From positions 176,544-240,543 of the forward strand of contig CAVZOM010000003.1 in assembly GCA_963776955.1 (NCBI GenBank): a stretch of 64,000 nucleotides of DNA, in the 5' to 3' direction. Below, in pieces: positions 19,903 through 29,302 of this stretch. The notes beneath the pieces were generated by a model. The model made no database searches. It saw only the letters and a list, made by a program, of their open reading frames with translations, and was not told the DNA's origin. The first letter of the stretch is position 1, and every line of letters begins with the position of its first letter. The position numbers and the translations under genes are program-made. The stretch comes from an uncultured Actinomycetes bacterium (GTDB lineage Bacteria; Actinomycetota; Thermoleophilia; Gaiellales; Gaiellaceae).

Positions 19903-21447
19903 GTCCGGAGCACGCGGATCGCCGGCTGATGGCCCCGGCCGCGCGGCCAGGAGAAGCGCACGAGCAGCGAGGCGGCGTTGTTCTCGTACCGCAACTCACG
20001 CAGGGGCAGGTCCCCGTTGGCCCTGTGCACGAGGACATAGGTTCCCGCTGGGACGCGGGTCACGTCGAGGTTCTGTCCGTGGAAGTAGGCGGGATAGCGG
20101 TCGGTGTAGCCGACCGAGGTCCCTTGCTCGACGGCGAGAGCCCCGGGCTCGTACTGCTTGCAGTTCGAATGGAACACGGGCCGGCGCGGCTTGCCGGGCA
20201 CGTACCCCGGCACCAGCGCCCAGTGGTCGGCAAGACAGAAGCCGGACTTCCGGTCGGCGACGACCAGAGAGTGATCGCTCGCCGCGCCGCAGCTCGTAGC
20301 GCTGGAAGTCCATCAGGTGCCAGTGCTCGTGAGGAGGGGCGATCGTGTACTTGAGGAACCCGACGTCCGGATACGTCTGGGCACCGCCGCCGATCAGCCG
20401 CACTCGCTGTGAGGCGCGCATCGTCGGCACGGCGCGGCTGGGACGCGACGCGACGATGGAGAGCGGCCCCTCGCCGACATTGTCGGTCGCCGACGTGAAG
20501 CCGAGCAGGAACCTGCCCGCGGAAGTCCGCTGGAAGGAGAGGTCGGTCGGCGGGCGCTGGTCGAGGTCGGGCGGCTTCTCGAGCGAGACCTGTGGTCGCC
20601 ACGCCGGCTGGTCGAGCCATTGCGGGCCGCCGAGAGGCACCGCCTGACCTCCGGTAGCCGGCACTTGCCAGACCGGTCCTCCGGGCCGATCACCGACGAA
20701 CGTGATCGTCCGGCCGCCGGGGCTCCAGACGGGGGAGGCCTCGGCGTTGATGTCCTGCGTCAGCCGAACGACCTTTGCGCTTGCCACGTCGAACACGTAG
20801 AGGTCGGTCGACTCGCTCTCGAGGGCCACATACGCGAGCTTCCTTCCGTCCGGCGACCAGGCGGGCTGGCTCTCGACGGCAGGTGAGGCGGTCAGCCTCC
20901 GCACTCCGCGCCCCGAGGGGCTCACGAGGTGGAGGTCGTCGGTGTCGCCACCGATGAATGCGATGCGGTTCCGCTTCGCGGACCACGCCGGTTCACGCCC
21001 TTGCGCCAGAAAGCGCTCGCCGCGGCGATCGGCCCGGATCACGAACAGCTGTCCGGTTCGCTCGACGACGAGCCGCTTGCCGTCAGGCGCCCACCGCGGA
21101 GCCGACTCGGCGGCCAGGGGCGTCCTCGTCAGCGGCCAGCGGTTCTTTCCGTCCGCGTCGGCGACGTAGACGTCGGGCAGCCCGCCGGCCGCGGGCGCGA
21201 CGTAGGCCAGGCGCCGGCCGTCGGGCGACCAGGACGGTGACAGCCCCCGCGCCGAGAGCAGGCGCACGCGTCCCGAGCGCTCGAGCACGAAGATGCCCCC
21301 GCCGACTGCCTCCGAACGCGAGAAGGCGAGCTCCGCCGGCCAGGCCGTCCCCTGTGCCCGCGCGCCCGTCAACGCGCCCGCCGCCACGGCGACGGCCGCA
21401 AGCGAGACGAACGTGATCAGCTGCGGGCGGCGAGTACCGGTGCCCAC
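19863..21447 (-). CDS. Secreted TolB/PD40-like beta-propeller fused to a lysyl-oxidase-like copper amine oxidase domain; one frame change near 20285
   Basis: PD40-like repeats: 'SPSWSPDGRRLAYV', 'APRWAPDGKRLVV', 'QPAWSPDGRKLAYV', 'SPVWSPGGRTITFV'. The C-terminus reads 'PPHEHWHLMDFQRYEL', 'RKSGFCLADH', 'CKQYE' and 'GTSVGYTDRYPAYFHGQNLDVTRVPAGTYVL' (ORFs 19996..21723 and 19863..20213). Confidence 0.7.
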
Positions 21448-22631
21448 GATGTGATGGGGGAGACCTCTCCGTCTCGGCCGTTCAGTGACCGGTAGCCGAG
21501 CGCGTGCTCGGCCTGCATCATCTTGTGGATCTGGGTCGTGCCCTCGTAGATGATCGGGGCGCGCGCGTTGCGGAAGTAGCGCTCGAGCCCGTACTCCGCC
21601 GAGTACCCGTAGGCGCCGTGCACCTGGATCGCGAGGTGGGCAGCGCGAAAGGCCGACTCCGTCGCGTGCCACTTCGCGAGCGACGTCTCGCGGGTGTTGC
21701 GCCGGCCTTCGTTCTTGAGCCACGCGGCCTGCATCACGAGCAGCTTCGACGTCTCGTAGGCCAGCACCATCTCGGCGATCATGTCCTGGACGAACTGGTT
21801 CTTGCCGATCGCCTGCCCGAACGTCTGGCGCTCGCGCGCGTACTCGACGGAGCGCTCGAGCATCGCGCGGATGACGCCGCAGGCGCCGGCCGCGACGGTG
21901 AACCGGCCCTGGTCGAGCCCGTACATCGCGATCTCGAAGCCCTGGCCCTCTTCTCCGAGCAGGTTCTCGGCCGGCACCTCGACGTTCTCGAAGAAGAGCT
22001 CGCCGGTCGAGCCGGCCCAGATCCCGAGCTTGTGCTCCGTCTCGGCGGCTGTGAAGCCCGGCATGCCCTTCTCGAGCAGGAACGCGGAGATGCCCTTGTG
22101 CTTCGCGGAGGGGTCGGTCTTCGCGAAGACAAGAGCATGATCAGCAACGCTGGCATACGAAATCCAGTTCTTCGAGCCGTTGAGGACGTAGACGTCACCC
22201 TCGCGGCGCGCCGTCGACTTCATCGCCGCGACGTCCGAGCCTGCCGCCGGCTCTGTCAGCCCGAAGCAGGCGATCTTCTCGCCGCGAGCCTGCGGAGCGA
22301 GCCAGCGCTGCTTCTGCTCCTCGGTCCCGTAGCGCAGCAGCGCGAGCGAGTTGAGCCCGACGTGGACCGAGATCAGCGTCCGGAACGCCGCCTCGCCGCG
22401 CTCGATCTCCTCGCAGACGAGCGCCTCCGACACGAAGTCGAGCCCGGCGCCGCCGTATTCCTCGGGGACGACGATCCCGAGCAGGCCGAGCTCGGCCATG
22501 CCTTCGATGATCCCGAGGTCGAGGTGGTGGTTGATGTCGTTCTCGATCGCGTTCGGGAGCACGCGGTCGTCCACGAACCCGCGGACGGTGTCCTGGATCA
22601 GGCGCTGCTCGTCGGTGAGCTCGAAGTCCAC
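21417..22631 (-). CDS. Acyl-CoA dehydrogenase
   Basis: Intact ORF. 'DFELTDEQRLIQDTVRGF', 'ACFGLTEPAAGSD' and 'YEGTTQIH' match the ACAD fold. The start is placed at the GTG of 'VDFELT'. Confidence 0.9.
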   Translation of the reverse strand: MDFELTDEQRLIQDTVRGFVDDRVLPNAIENDINHHLDLGIIEGMAELGLLGIVVPEEYGGAGLDFVSEALVCEEIERGEAAFRTLISVHVGLNSLALLRYGTEEQKQRWLAPQARGEKIACFGLTEPAAGSDVAAMKSTARREGDVYVLNGSKNWISYASVADHALVFAKTDPSAKHKGISAFLLEKGMPGFTAAETEHKLGIWAGSTGELFFENVEVPAENLLGEEGQGFEIAMYGLDQGRFTVAAGACGVIRAMLERSVEYARERQTFGQAIGKNQFVQDMIAEMVLAYETSKLLVMQAAWLKNEGRRNTRETSLAKWHATESAFRAAHLAIQVHGAYGYSAEYGLERYFRNARAPIIYEGTTQIHKMMQAEHALGYRSLNGRDGEVSPITSWAPVLAARS

Positions 22632-22657
22632 GGCGGCAAGTCTATGTACGGCGGCTC

Positions 22658-23353
22658 CTAGCCCGGCTTGCGCACGCGAGCGCATACAACGAGGGGGAAG
22701 CGATCATCTTCGTGCTCGAGCTCGCTCTGATTCAGGTCCTCCGCGGCCATGCCCATGAGGAAGGCAACTCCGACGAGAACATTGCCATGGCCGGTGACCT
22801 CGAGCTCCGCGCCCGGACAGGCTCGGGCGAGGAGCGTCTGCAGTCCCAGAGCCGTGAAGCGCCAGCGGTCGATCGCCGGGTTGTCCGGGTCGATGCGCGA
22901 GAGGGAGGGGACGGTGATCAGGGCAGTGCCTCGGGGCGCGAGGGACTCCCACACGGTGCGAAGCGTAGTCTCCGGGTCCTTCGGATACTGGAGCGTCTGC
23001 GTGAGGATCACACAGTCGAAGCGGCCTGCCGGCAGCGAGCCGGGCTCGGCGAGATCCGCGATGAGCGTCGCCTCGGGATTCGTCTCGTCGATATCGAGGA
23101 CGTCGCTGTCGTCGACCCGGTCGGCACCGAAGCGCCGGGTGTAGTTCGCGTCGTGCACCTCGAGCACACGGCCGCGGACGTCCTCCGCATTCCGAGCGAG
23201 GAAGCCCTCGATGTAGAAGCGGTCGACCGGCAGGCCCCGGTCGACGCCGTAGTACGAGCTGAGCGGCTCAGTTCGCCGCAGGCTGCCCCAACGGATCGGG
23301 AAGCGGAGCCTGCGCACCAGCCGCCGCGCCCAATCGGGCGAGGACTCGATCAC
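22658..23353 (-). CDS. Class I SAM-dependent methyltransferase (putative)
   Basis: Intact 231 aa. 'RVLEVHDANYTRRFG', 'DLAEPGSLPAGRFDCVILTQTLQY' and 'LAPRGTALITVP' resemble Methyltransf_11/23-type proteins. Confidence 0.65.
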   Translation of the reverse strand: MIESSPDWARRLVRRLRFPIRWGSLRRTEPLSSYYGVDRGLPVDRFYIEGFLARNAEDVRGRVLEVHDANYTRRFGADRVDDSDVLDIDETNPEATLIADLAEPGSLPAGRFDCVILTQTLQYPKDPETTLRTVWESLAPRGTALITVPSLSRIDPDNPAIDRWRFTALGLQTLLARACPGAELEVTGHGNVLVGVAFLMGMAAEDLNQSELEHEDDRFPLVVCARVRKPG

Positions 23354-23408
23354 CGGCTCTAGTAAACGGGAAGTAGCGTCGGTTGGGCGGGCGCGATCAT
23401 CCGCTACC

Positions 23409-23428
23409 GATTGACTGACTAGTCAATC
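23409..23428. promoter_or_regulatory. Palindromic operator candidate upstream of the acyl-CoA dehydrogenase
   Basis: GATTGACT-GACT-AGTCAATC has perfect 8-nt arms. It lies 31 nt upstream of the 23459 start, in the divergent intergenic region. Confidence 0.4.
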
Positions 23429-23458
23429 AACGGCACGATTCGGCCAGGGTAAGCGGTT

Positions 23459-24637
23459 ATGGCGACCATCGAGCAGACGACAACCGGCGGTGTCTCGTTC
23501 GAGCTGACGAGCGAGCAGCGAGACCTTCGTGCACTCGCCCACGACTTCGCCGAGAAGGAGATCCGGCCGAAGGCGGCCGAGTACGACGAGCACTCGACGC
23601 ACCCCGCGGACGTGATCGCGAAGGCGCACGAGCTCGGGCTCATGAACCCGCACATCCCCGAGGAGTACGGCGGCCTCGGCCTCGGCGCCTTCGACGGGAT
23701 GCTGATCGGCGAGGAGCTCTCCTGGGGCTGCTCGGGGATCGCCGTCTCGATCGTCGCCAACACGCTCGGCGCAGCCCCGGTCCAGCTCGCCGGCTCGGAC
23801 GAGCAGAAGCGCGAGTGGCTGCCGATGCTGATCGAGGAGCCGATCCTCTGCTCGTTCGGGCTGACCGAGCCGAACGCGGGCTCGGACGTCTCGGGCATCC
23901 AGACGACCGCCGAGCGGCAGGGCGACGACTACGTCATCAACGGCTCGAAGATGTTCATCACGAACGCGGGCCACGCGTCCTGGATCGTCGTCTTCGCCTC
24001 GACCGACAAGAGCGAGGGCCACCGCGGGCTCTCGGCGTTCGTCGTCCCGACCGACCTCGACGGCGTCATCGTCGAGAAGCACCTCGACAAGATGGGCCAG
24101 CGGGCGACCGACACCTCGGCGATCGCGTTCAGCGACGTGAAGGTGCCGGCGGCGAACCGGCTCGGCGAGGAGGGCGAGGGCTTCAAGATCGCGATGAAGA
24201 CGCTCGACTTCACGCGGCCTGGGACGGCGATCGGCGCCGTCGGCGTCGCGCGGGCCGCGTACGAGCTCGCCGTCGACTACTCGCGCGAGCGCGTCCAGTT
24301 CGGCCAGCCGATCGCGATGAACCAGGGCGTGAACTTCCTGATCGCGGACATGGCCGCGGAGATCGAGGCCGCGCGGCTGCTCACCTGGCAGGCGGCGTGG
24401 CTCCTCGACCAGGGCACCCGCTCGACGCTCCAGTCGTCGTTCGCGAAGCGCTTCGCCTCGGACACGGCGATGAAGGTGACGACCGACGCCGTGCAGATTT
24501 TCGGCGGGTACGGGTACATGAAGGAGTACCCGGTCGAGAAGCTCATGCGCGATGCGAAGCTCTTCCAGATCTACGAAGGCACATCGCAGATCCAACGGCT
24601 CGTCATCGCGAGAGAGATCTTCTTCCCGCGGGACTGA
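23459..24637 (+). CDS. Acyl-CoA dehydrogenase (short/branched-chain type)
   Basis: Intact 392 aa. 'FELTSEQRDLRALAHDFAEKEIRP', 'CSFGLTEPNAGSD', 'YEGTSQIQRLVIAREI'. Confidence 0.9.
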   Translation: MATIEQTTTGGVSFELTSEQRDLRALAHDFAEKEIRPKAAEYDEHSTHPADVIAKAHELGLMNPHIPEEYGGLGLGAFDGMLIGEELSWGCSGIAVSIVANTLGAAPVQLAGSDEQKREWLPMLIEEPILCSFGLTEPNAGSDVSGIQTTAERQGDDYVINGSKMFITNAGHASWIVVFASTDKSEGHRGLSAFVVPTDLDGVIVEKHLDKMGQRATDTSAIAFSDVKVPAANRLGEEGEGFKIAMKTLDFTRPGTAIGAVGVARAAYELAVDYSRERVQFGQPIAMNQGVNFLIADMAAEIEAARLLTWQAAWLLDQGTRSTLQSSFAKRFASDTAMKVTTDAVQIFGGYGYMKEYPVEKLMRDAKLFQIYEGTSQIQRLVIAREIFFPRD

Positions 24638-24668
24638 AACAACCTCCGATCCCGCTACACTGGCGGAC

Positions 24669-26523
24669 TTGTCGGTACGGGCCGCGCATCTTCCGCGGGC
24701 TCGGCGTCGTAGGGCTGCCCGGGTTCGCCTCCTCTGGCAGTGGAGCCTGCTCGTCGTCGGTCTCGTCCTGCTCACGGGGACCGTCCTCGGGCTCGCCTTC
24801 GCGGGCTCGGAGGAGCGCCTGCCCGCGGGCTCGCAGATCGCGGGCGTCGACGTCTCCGGACTGACCACCGCCGAGGCGCGCTCGCTGCTCGAACGCCGCT
24901 CGCGAGGAGCTCGGACGCACGCCTGTCACCTTCACGGCCGACGGAAAGAGCTGGCGGGTCAAGCCGGACTCGGTGCTCGTCGACGTCGACTGGGGCGCGG
25001 CCGTCGAGGCGGCGCACCGGCAGGGCGAGGGCTTCGGCCCGTTGCGCGGCCTGAAGCGGCTCGGCGTCCGCGTCTTCGGTGGCGAGGTCGTCCCGACGAC
25101 GCGCGTGTACGAGGCGGCCGTCAACTCCTACGTCGAGCGCTTCGCGAAGGCTCTCGACCGGCCCCGGGTCGAGCCGTCGCTGCGGATGCGCGGACTCGAC
25201 GCGGAAGTCGTTCCCGGCCGCAACGGCCGTCTCCTCGACGAGCGAGGCGGCGCAGCAGGTCCTCGTCCGCTCGCTGACGGGTCTCTCGCGTGAGCCCGTC
25301 CCGCTTCCGCTCAAGGTCGACCGCACGCGTCTTTCCGCGAAGGACCTCGCCGGCGCAGAGGTCAAGGCCGAGACCATGGTCTCGGCGCACGGCAGACCTC
25401 GCGTACGGGCCGGGTGGCTGGCACCTGTCGCGGGCCAAGATCGCCAGGTTGATCGCTCTGCCGAGCGGGGGCTCGACCGAGATCGAGCTCGCCGGCCCGG
25501 CTGCGAGGCGCTTCTTCGCGAACCTCAGGAAGCGCGTCAATCGAGCGCCCAAGGACGCCGGCTTCGCGATCGGCGCCCGCAACGTCGTACGCGTCGTCCC
25601 GGCCGAGTCCGGCCGTGTGCTCGACATGCAGGCGACGACTCGCAACCTGATGGCGGGGCTCCTCTCGACGACGAACCGCAGGGCGGAGCTCCGAGTCACC
25701 TCGGTCGCTCCCGAACGGACGACCCGAGATGCGCAGGCGATGGGCATCACCGGGCTCGTCGGCGCCTACCAGACCTTCTACGGCGGCATCGCCGAACCGG
25801 ATCCACAACGTCCAGCTCGTGGCGCGCCTGATCGACGATCACTACATCGCCCCCGGCGCCGAGTTCTCCTTCAACGACACCACCGGCGAGCGCAACGAGG
25901 ACAAGGGGTTCCTCGAGGCGCCCGTGATCATCAACGGCGAGCTGGAGACCGGTCTCGGCGGCGGCGTCTGCCAGGTCTCGACGACGGCGTTCAACGCCGC
26001 GTACGAGGCGGGCCTGTCGATCACCGAGCGGACGAACCACGCGCTCTACATCAGCCACTACCCGCAGGGGCGCGACGCAACGGTCAACTACCCCGACCTC
26101 GATCTCAAGTTCGTGAACGACACGGGCCACTGGCTGTGGCTCCGCACCTTCGTCAGCTCGTCGTCGCTGACCGTCGCGCTCTACGGGACGCCGCAGAACC
26201 GGCGGGTCGAGAGCGAGGTGTCACCGCTCGTCGAGACCGGAGCCCCGAAGGTGAAGCACATCGCGGACCCGAACATGTTCGTCGGCCAGACCGGGCTCGA
26301 GGAGGCTGGGCAGCCGAGCCGCTCGACGAGCGTTCGCCGTCGCGTCTTCGACTCGAGCGGAAAGCTCATGTACGACCACACGTGGTACTCGAGCTACCAG
26401 TCGGAGCCTCGGGTGATCCGGTACGGGACGAAGCCGCTGCCGCCGCCACCCGATCCGGAGCCGAAGGAGCCGAAGAAGAAGCCGGGCCCGCCTCCTCCTC
26501 CGCCGCCGCCGGAGCCGTCCTAG
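24669..26523 (+). CDS. VanW-family protein (YoaR-like) with an N-terminal TM anchor and a Pro-rich tail; at least 5 frame changes
   Basis: TM segment 'WSLLVVGLVLLTGTVLGLAF'. The VanW core 'GGVCQVSTTAFNAAYEAGLSITERTNHALYISHYPQGRDATV' is in ORF 25729..26523. Upstream pieces are in ORFs 24552.., 24973.., 25079.. and 25290... The TTG start is tentative. Confidence 0.75.
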
Positions 26524-26930
26524 CTTTCGGCTTCCGTGATCGCCTCGACGAGCCAGGCCGGCACCCGCGTCGGCCGGTGGTCGCCGACGGAGACGCAGGC
26601 GTGAGTCGTCCAGCCGTCTGCGACCTTGTTGCCGTCGCGCTCGACCGAGTAGTCGAACCGGAAGCGGGCGCCGCGGATCTCGCTGCAGCGCGCCCGGATC
26701 GTGAGCCGGTCGTCGAAGCGCGCCGCGTCCGTGTAGCGGGCATACGCCTCGAGCGTCAGCGCGTCGACGCCCTCCTCGCGAAGTTGCAGGTAGCCGCCTC
26801 GGAAGCGCCGCAGGTACTCGATCCGCGTCGTCTCGAACCAGACGAGGTACGCGGCGTGGTGAGCGATGCCCTGCGCGTCGGTCTCGGCGAAGCGCACGGT
26901 CACGTCGTTCGAGAACTTGAAGTGGCTCAT
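26520..26930 (-). CDS. Acyl-CoA thioesterase, hotdog fold (YbgC/4HBT-like)
   Basis: Intact 136 aa. 'VRFAETDAQGIAHHAAYLVWFETTRIEYLR' is the typical 4HBT N-terminal catalytic Asp context. Confidence 0.8.
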   Translation of the reverse strand: MSHFKFSNDVTVRFAETDAQGIAHHAAYLVWFETTRIEYLRRFRGGYLQLREEGVDALTLEAYARYTDAARFDDRLTIRARCSEIRGARFRFDYSVERDGNKVADGWTTHACVSVGDHRPTRVPAWLVEAITEAES

Positions 26931-26941
26931 CGCCGTAGGTT

Positions 26942-27018
26942 AAGAAAGTGGACACAGTAGGGGGCGCGCGGAAAAAGAAAGTGGACATAGAAGGAGCGCG
27001 CCCCGCTTCGCGGGCGCC
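26942..27018 (+). repeat. Tandem 33-bp-period repeat (copy A truncated, copy B full) ending in a GC hairpin
   Basis: Copy A (26942): AAGAAAGTGGACACAGTAGGGGGCGCGCGG. Copy B (26975): AAGAAAGTGGACATAGAAGGAGCGCGCCCCGCTTCGCGGGCGCC. Confidence 0.7.
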
Positions 27019-27040
27019 TCTTGGGTCATAGCATCGGAGT

Positions 27041-27797
27041 GTGTCGGTAGAGCACCTTGCCGAGCTGATCGTGATGCGCCAGCCGTGCGTCGTCCTCACG
27101 GGCGCCGGCGTGTCGACCGAGAGCGGCATCCCGGACTTCCGGTCGCCGACGGGGATCTGGGCCGAGGTCGACCCGATGGAGTACGCGTCGCTCCGGGCAT
27201 TTCGCGAGGACCCTGAGAAGGTATGGGGCTTCTACGCGCAGCGGATCGACATGCTGATGGGCGCCGAGCCGAACGAGGCCCATCGGGCACTCGCGGAGCT
27301 GGAGCGGCGCGGGCTCGTGAGCGCCGTCGTCACGCAGAACATCGACCTGCTCCACACGCGTGCGGGGAGCGAGAACGTGGTCGAGGTGCACGGCTCGATC
27401 CGGACCGCGTCCTGCCCGGAGTGCGGCGCGGTCTATCCGCTAGCAGCGCCCGCGAAGCGGGCGCGCCCCCTCCTGTGTCGATTCTTACCCGTGCCGCGCT
27501 GCGAGTGCGGAGGCGATCCTCAAGCCTGACGTCGTCTTCTTCGGAGAGCTCCTGCCGCAGGACGCGATCGACCGGGCATACGAGCTCGCCCGCTCGGCTG
27601 CCCTGATGCTCGTCGTCGGCTCCGCGCTCGAGGTCTATCCGGTCGCCGATCTCCCGCTGGAGACGCTCAGGTCAGGCGGGTCGCTCGCGATCGTCAACCG
27701 AGGCGAGACGACGCTCGACGGGAAGGCGGAGCTGAAGATCGATGGATCGGCAGGCGAGACGCTGAGCGCGGTGCTCGCGGCGGTGAAAGATGCCTAA
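27041..27797 (+). CDS. cobB: NAD-dependent protein deacylase, Sir2 family; one frame change near 27510
   Basis: Motifs seen: 'GAGVSTESGIPDFRSP', 'QNIDLLH', 'VEVHGS', Zn ribbon 'CPEC...CECGG', then 'ILKPDVVFFGE' and 'LVVGSALEVYP' in ORF 27606..27797. Confidence 0.85.
27445..27488 (-). repeat. Third, inverted copy of the 26942-27018 element, located inside cobB
   Basis: The reverse complement reads GTAAGAATCGACACAGGAGGGGGCGCGCCCGCTTCGCGGGCGCT. It contains a perfect GCGCCCGC-GAA-GCGGGCGC hairpin and encodes 'AAPAKRARPLLCRFLP' between the two Cys pairs. Confidence 0.65.
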
Positions 27798-28093
27798 GCC
27801 GCAGCTCGACGCAGGGGGCGCTCGTCGATCACGCGCTGGCAGGACGAGCACACTTTGCGCTCGACCTCGTATGGGACACCTGCGCGCTGACGAAGCACGT
27901 ACGTCGTGACTGCGGTGTGCGATGTGGTTTCGATGGAGTCATTCGAGCCACTTCTTCCGAGGGTACTGACGGCGTCGGGCGTTTCATCCCTCTGATGCGA
28001 TAGACGAAACCTCCGTCGGCTTGTTAGGCCTGAAGGGTTAGAGGTTCGTAAACGGCGGTAAGGTAGGTCCGATGGCACAGACGAGCAAGGCAC
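27794..28093 (-). CDS. Hypothetical small protein; start and frame uncertain
   Basis: Only the C-terminal 'HTAVTTYVLRQRAGVPYEVERKVCSSCQRVIDERPL' looks protein-like. The upstream part lies in a lower-GC stretch and may be non-coding. Confidence 0.25.
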   Translation of the reverse strand: MPCSSVPSDLPYRRLRTSNPSGLTSRRRFRLSHQRDETPDAVSTLGRSGSNDSIETTSHTAVTTYVLRQRAGVPYEVERKVCSSCQRVIDERPLRRAAA

Positions 28094-28396
28094 AGACGGA
28101 CAAGGACTTTCTGACCAGGCTCGCCGATCGCGGCGAGCAGGTCGTCGGCCGGATCACCGACCTCCCGGGTGCGAAGACAGCTCATCGACACGACGGCTGC
28201 GCTGGCCAAGCACATGGACACGATGCAGAAGCAGCTTCGCAGCCTCGACCCGCTCCAGAAGCGCGTGACCGCGATCGAGCGCCGCCTCGACAAGCTCGAG
28301 GGCAAGGGGACGACTCGCAAGCGCACGACGACCCGCAAGACAACCGCCGCCAAGCCGAAGAGCACGACGCCTCGGTCGACCGGCTCGAAGACCTAG
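28072..28396 (+). CDS. Small coiled-coil (phasin-like) protein with a basic Thr/Lys/Arg tail; one frame change near 28170
   Basis: 'MAQTSKAQTDKDFLTRLADRGEQVVGRITDLPGA' joins 'RQLIDTTAALAKHMDTMQKQLRSLDPLQKRVTAIERRLDKLEGKGTTRKRTTTRKTTAAKPKSTTPRS'. Confidence 0.45.
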
Positions 28397-29299
28397 CGCG
28401 GCGCCGGCACCCTCAGGCGTAGCGCCTTCGGGACGACCTCGAACGTCGCCGGCGTCGTTCCCGGTTGCTCGCCGTCGAGCTGGACCGGCAGCGGAATCGG
28501 CGTCTCGATCGTGACCTTCGCGCCTCGCAGGAGCTCCGCCTTCGGGTGAGGGAGATGCGTGCCGCGATAGATCTTCGGCAGCGTCAGCACGAGGTCTCTC
28601 TTGGAGATGTCGCCGATCAGGAGCACGTCGAAGAGCGAGTCGTCGGGCTCCGCGTCCGGCGTGATCTTCATCCCGCCGCCGAGGTAGCGGCCGTTCGCGA
28701 CGATCACGTCGTACATCGGGCCGGTGCGTGTCTCGTCGTCGACGGTGACGGTGATCTGCGCGTTGCGCCAGCCGGCGAACACGGCAAGCGTGCTCCACGC
28801 GTAGGAGGCCTTGCCGCCGAGTGCCTTGCCCGTCTCGTTCACCCGCTTGGCGATCGCGCCGCTCATTCCGGCGCTCGCCGCGTTCGCGAACCACGACTTG
28901 CCCTCGGGCCCGGCCCAGGTGTGGAAGGTCGCCCGCCCCAGGTCGATCTCGCGCGCCGTGCCGGAGCGTGCGACCTCGAGCGCGCCCTCGAGCTTGTGCG
29001 GGATTCCGAACGTCCGCACGAAGTCTCCGCCAGTTCCGCGGTGGACGACGGCCAGCTCCACGCCCTCGACACCGGCGATCCCGTTCACGACCTCGTTCAC
29101 CGTCCCGTCGCCGCCCACGGCGACGAGGAGCTTGCGCCCTTCGCAGCCGCTTCTCGGGCTAGCTCGGCAAGGTGGCCCTGCTGCTCGGACAGGTATGCGT
29201 CGCCGACGAGGCCGCGCTCGGCGGCAGACGGGCGATCTCGGGCCAGCGCTTCCCGGTGGCGCCGTTGTCGGCCGCGGGGTTGACGAGGAAGACGCGGTG
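28393..29299 (-). CDS. Diacylglycerol/lipid kinase family protein (YegS/BmrU-like); N-terminus frame-shifted with no clean start codon
   Basis: ORF 28393..29118 gives 'GGDGTVNEVVNGI' and 'DGE' ('QLDGEQPG'). Upstream pieces read 'VFLVNPAADNGATGKRWPEI' and 'AYLSEQQGHLAELAREAAA'. Confidence 0.8.
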
Positions 29300-29302
29300 T
29301 CG

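Noticed and set aside
21504-22661. Long antisense ORFs opposite clearly homologous genes. Examples are 21504..22661 opposite the acyl-CoA dehydrogenase, 39219..40391 opposite dus, 40914..42197 opposite lysS, 23423..24868 opposite the second ACAD and 32876..34183 opposite ftsH.
   Set aside because: Their Arg/Ala/Gly/Pro/Asp-dominated composition, lack of motifs and perfect overlap with strong family matches on the other strand mark them as shadow ORFs.
26975-27488. Calling the cobB 5' region a confirmed invertible (phase-variable) segment.
   Set aside because: The arms are imperfect, no recombinase is nearby and a single assembled orientation cannot show switching. It is kept only as one hypothesis under the repeat finding.
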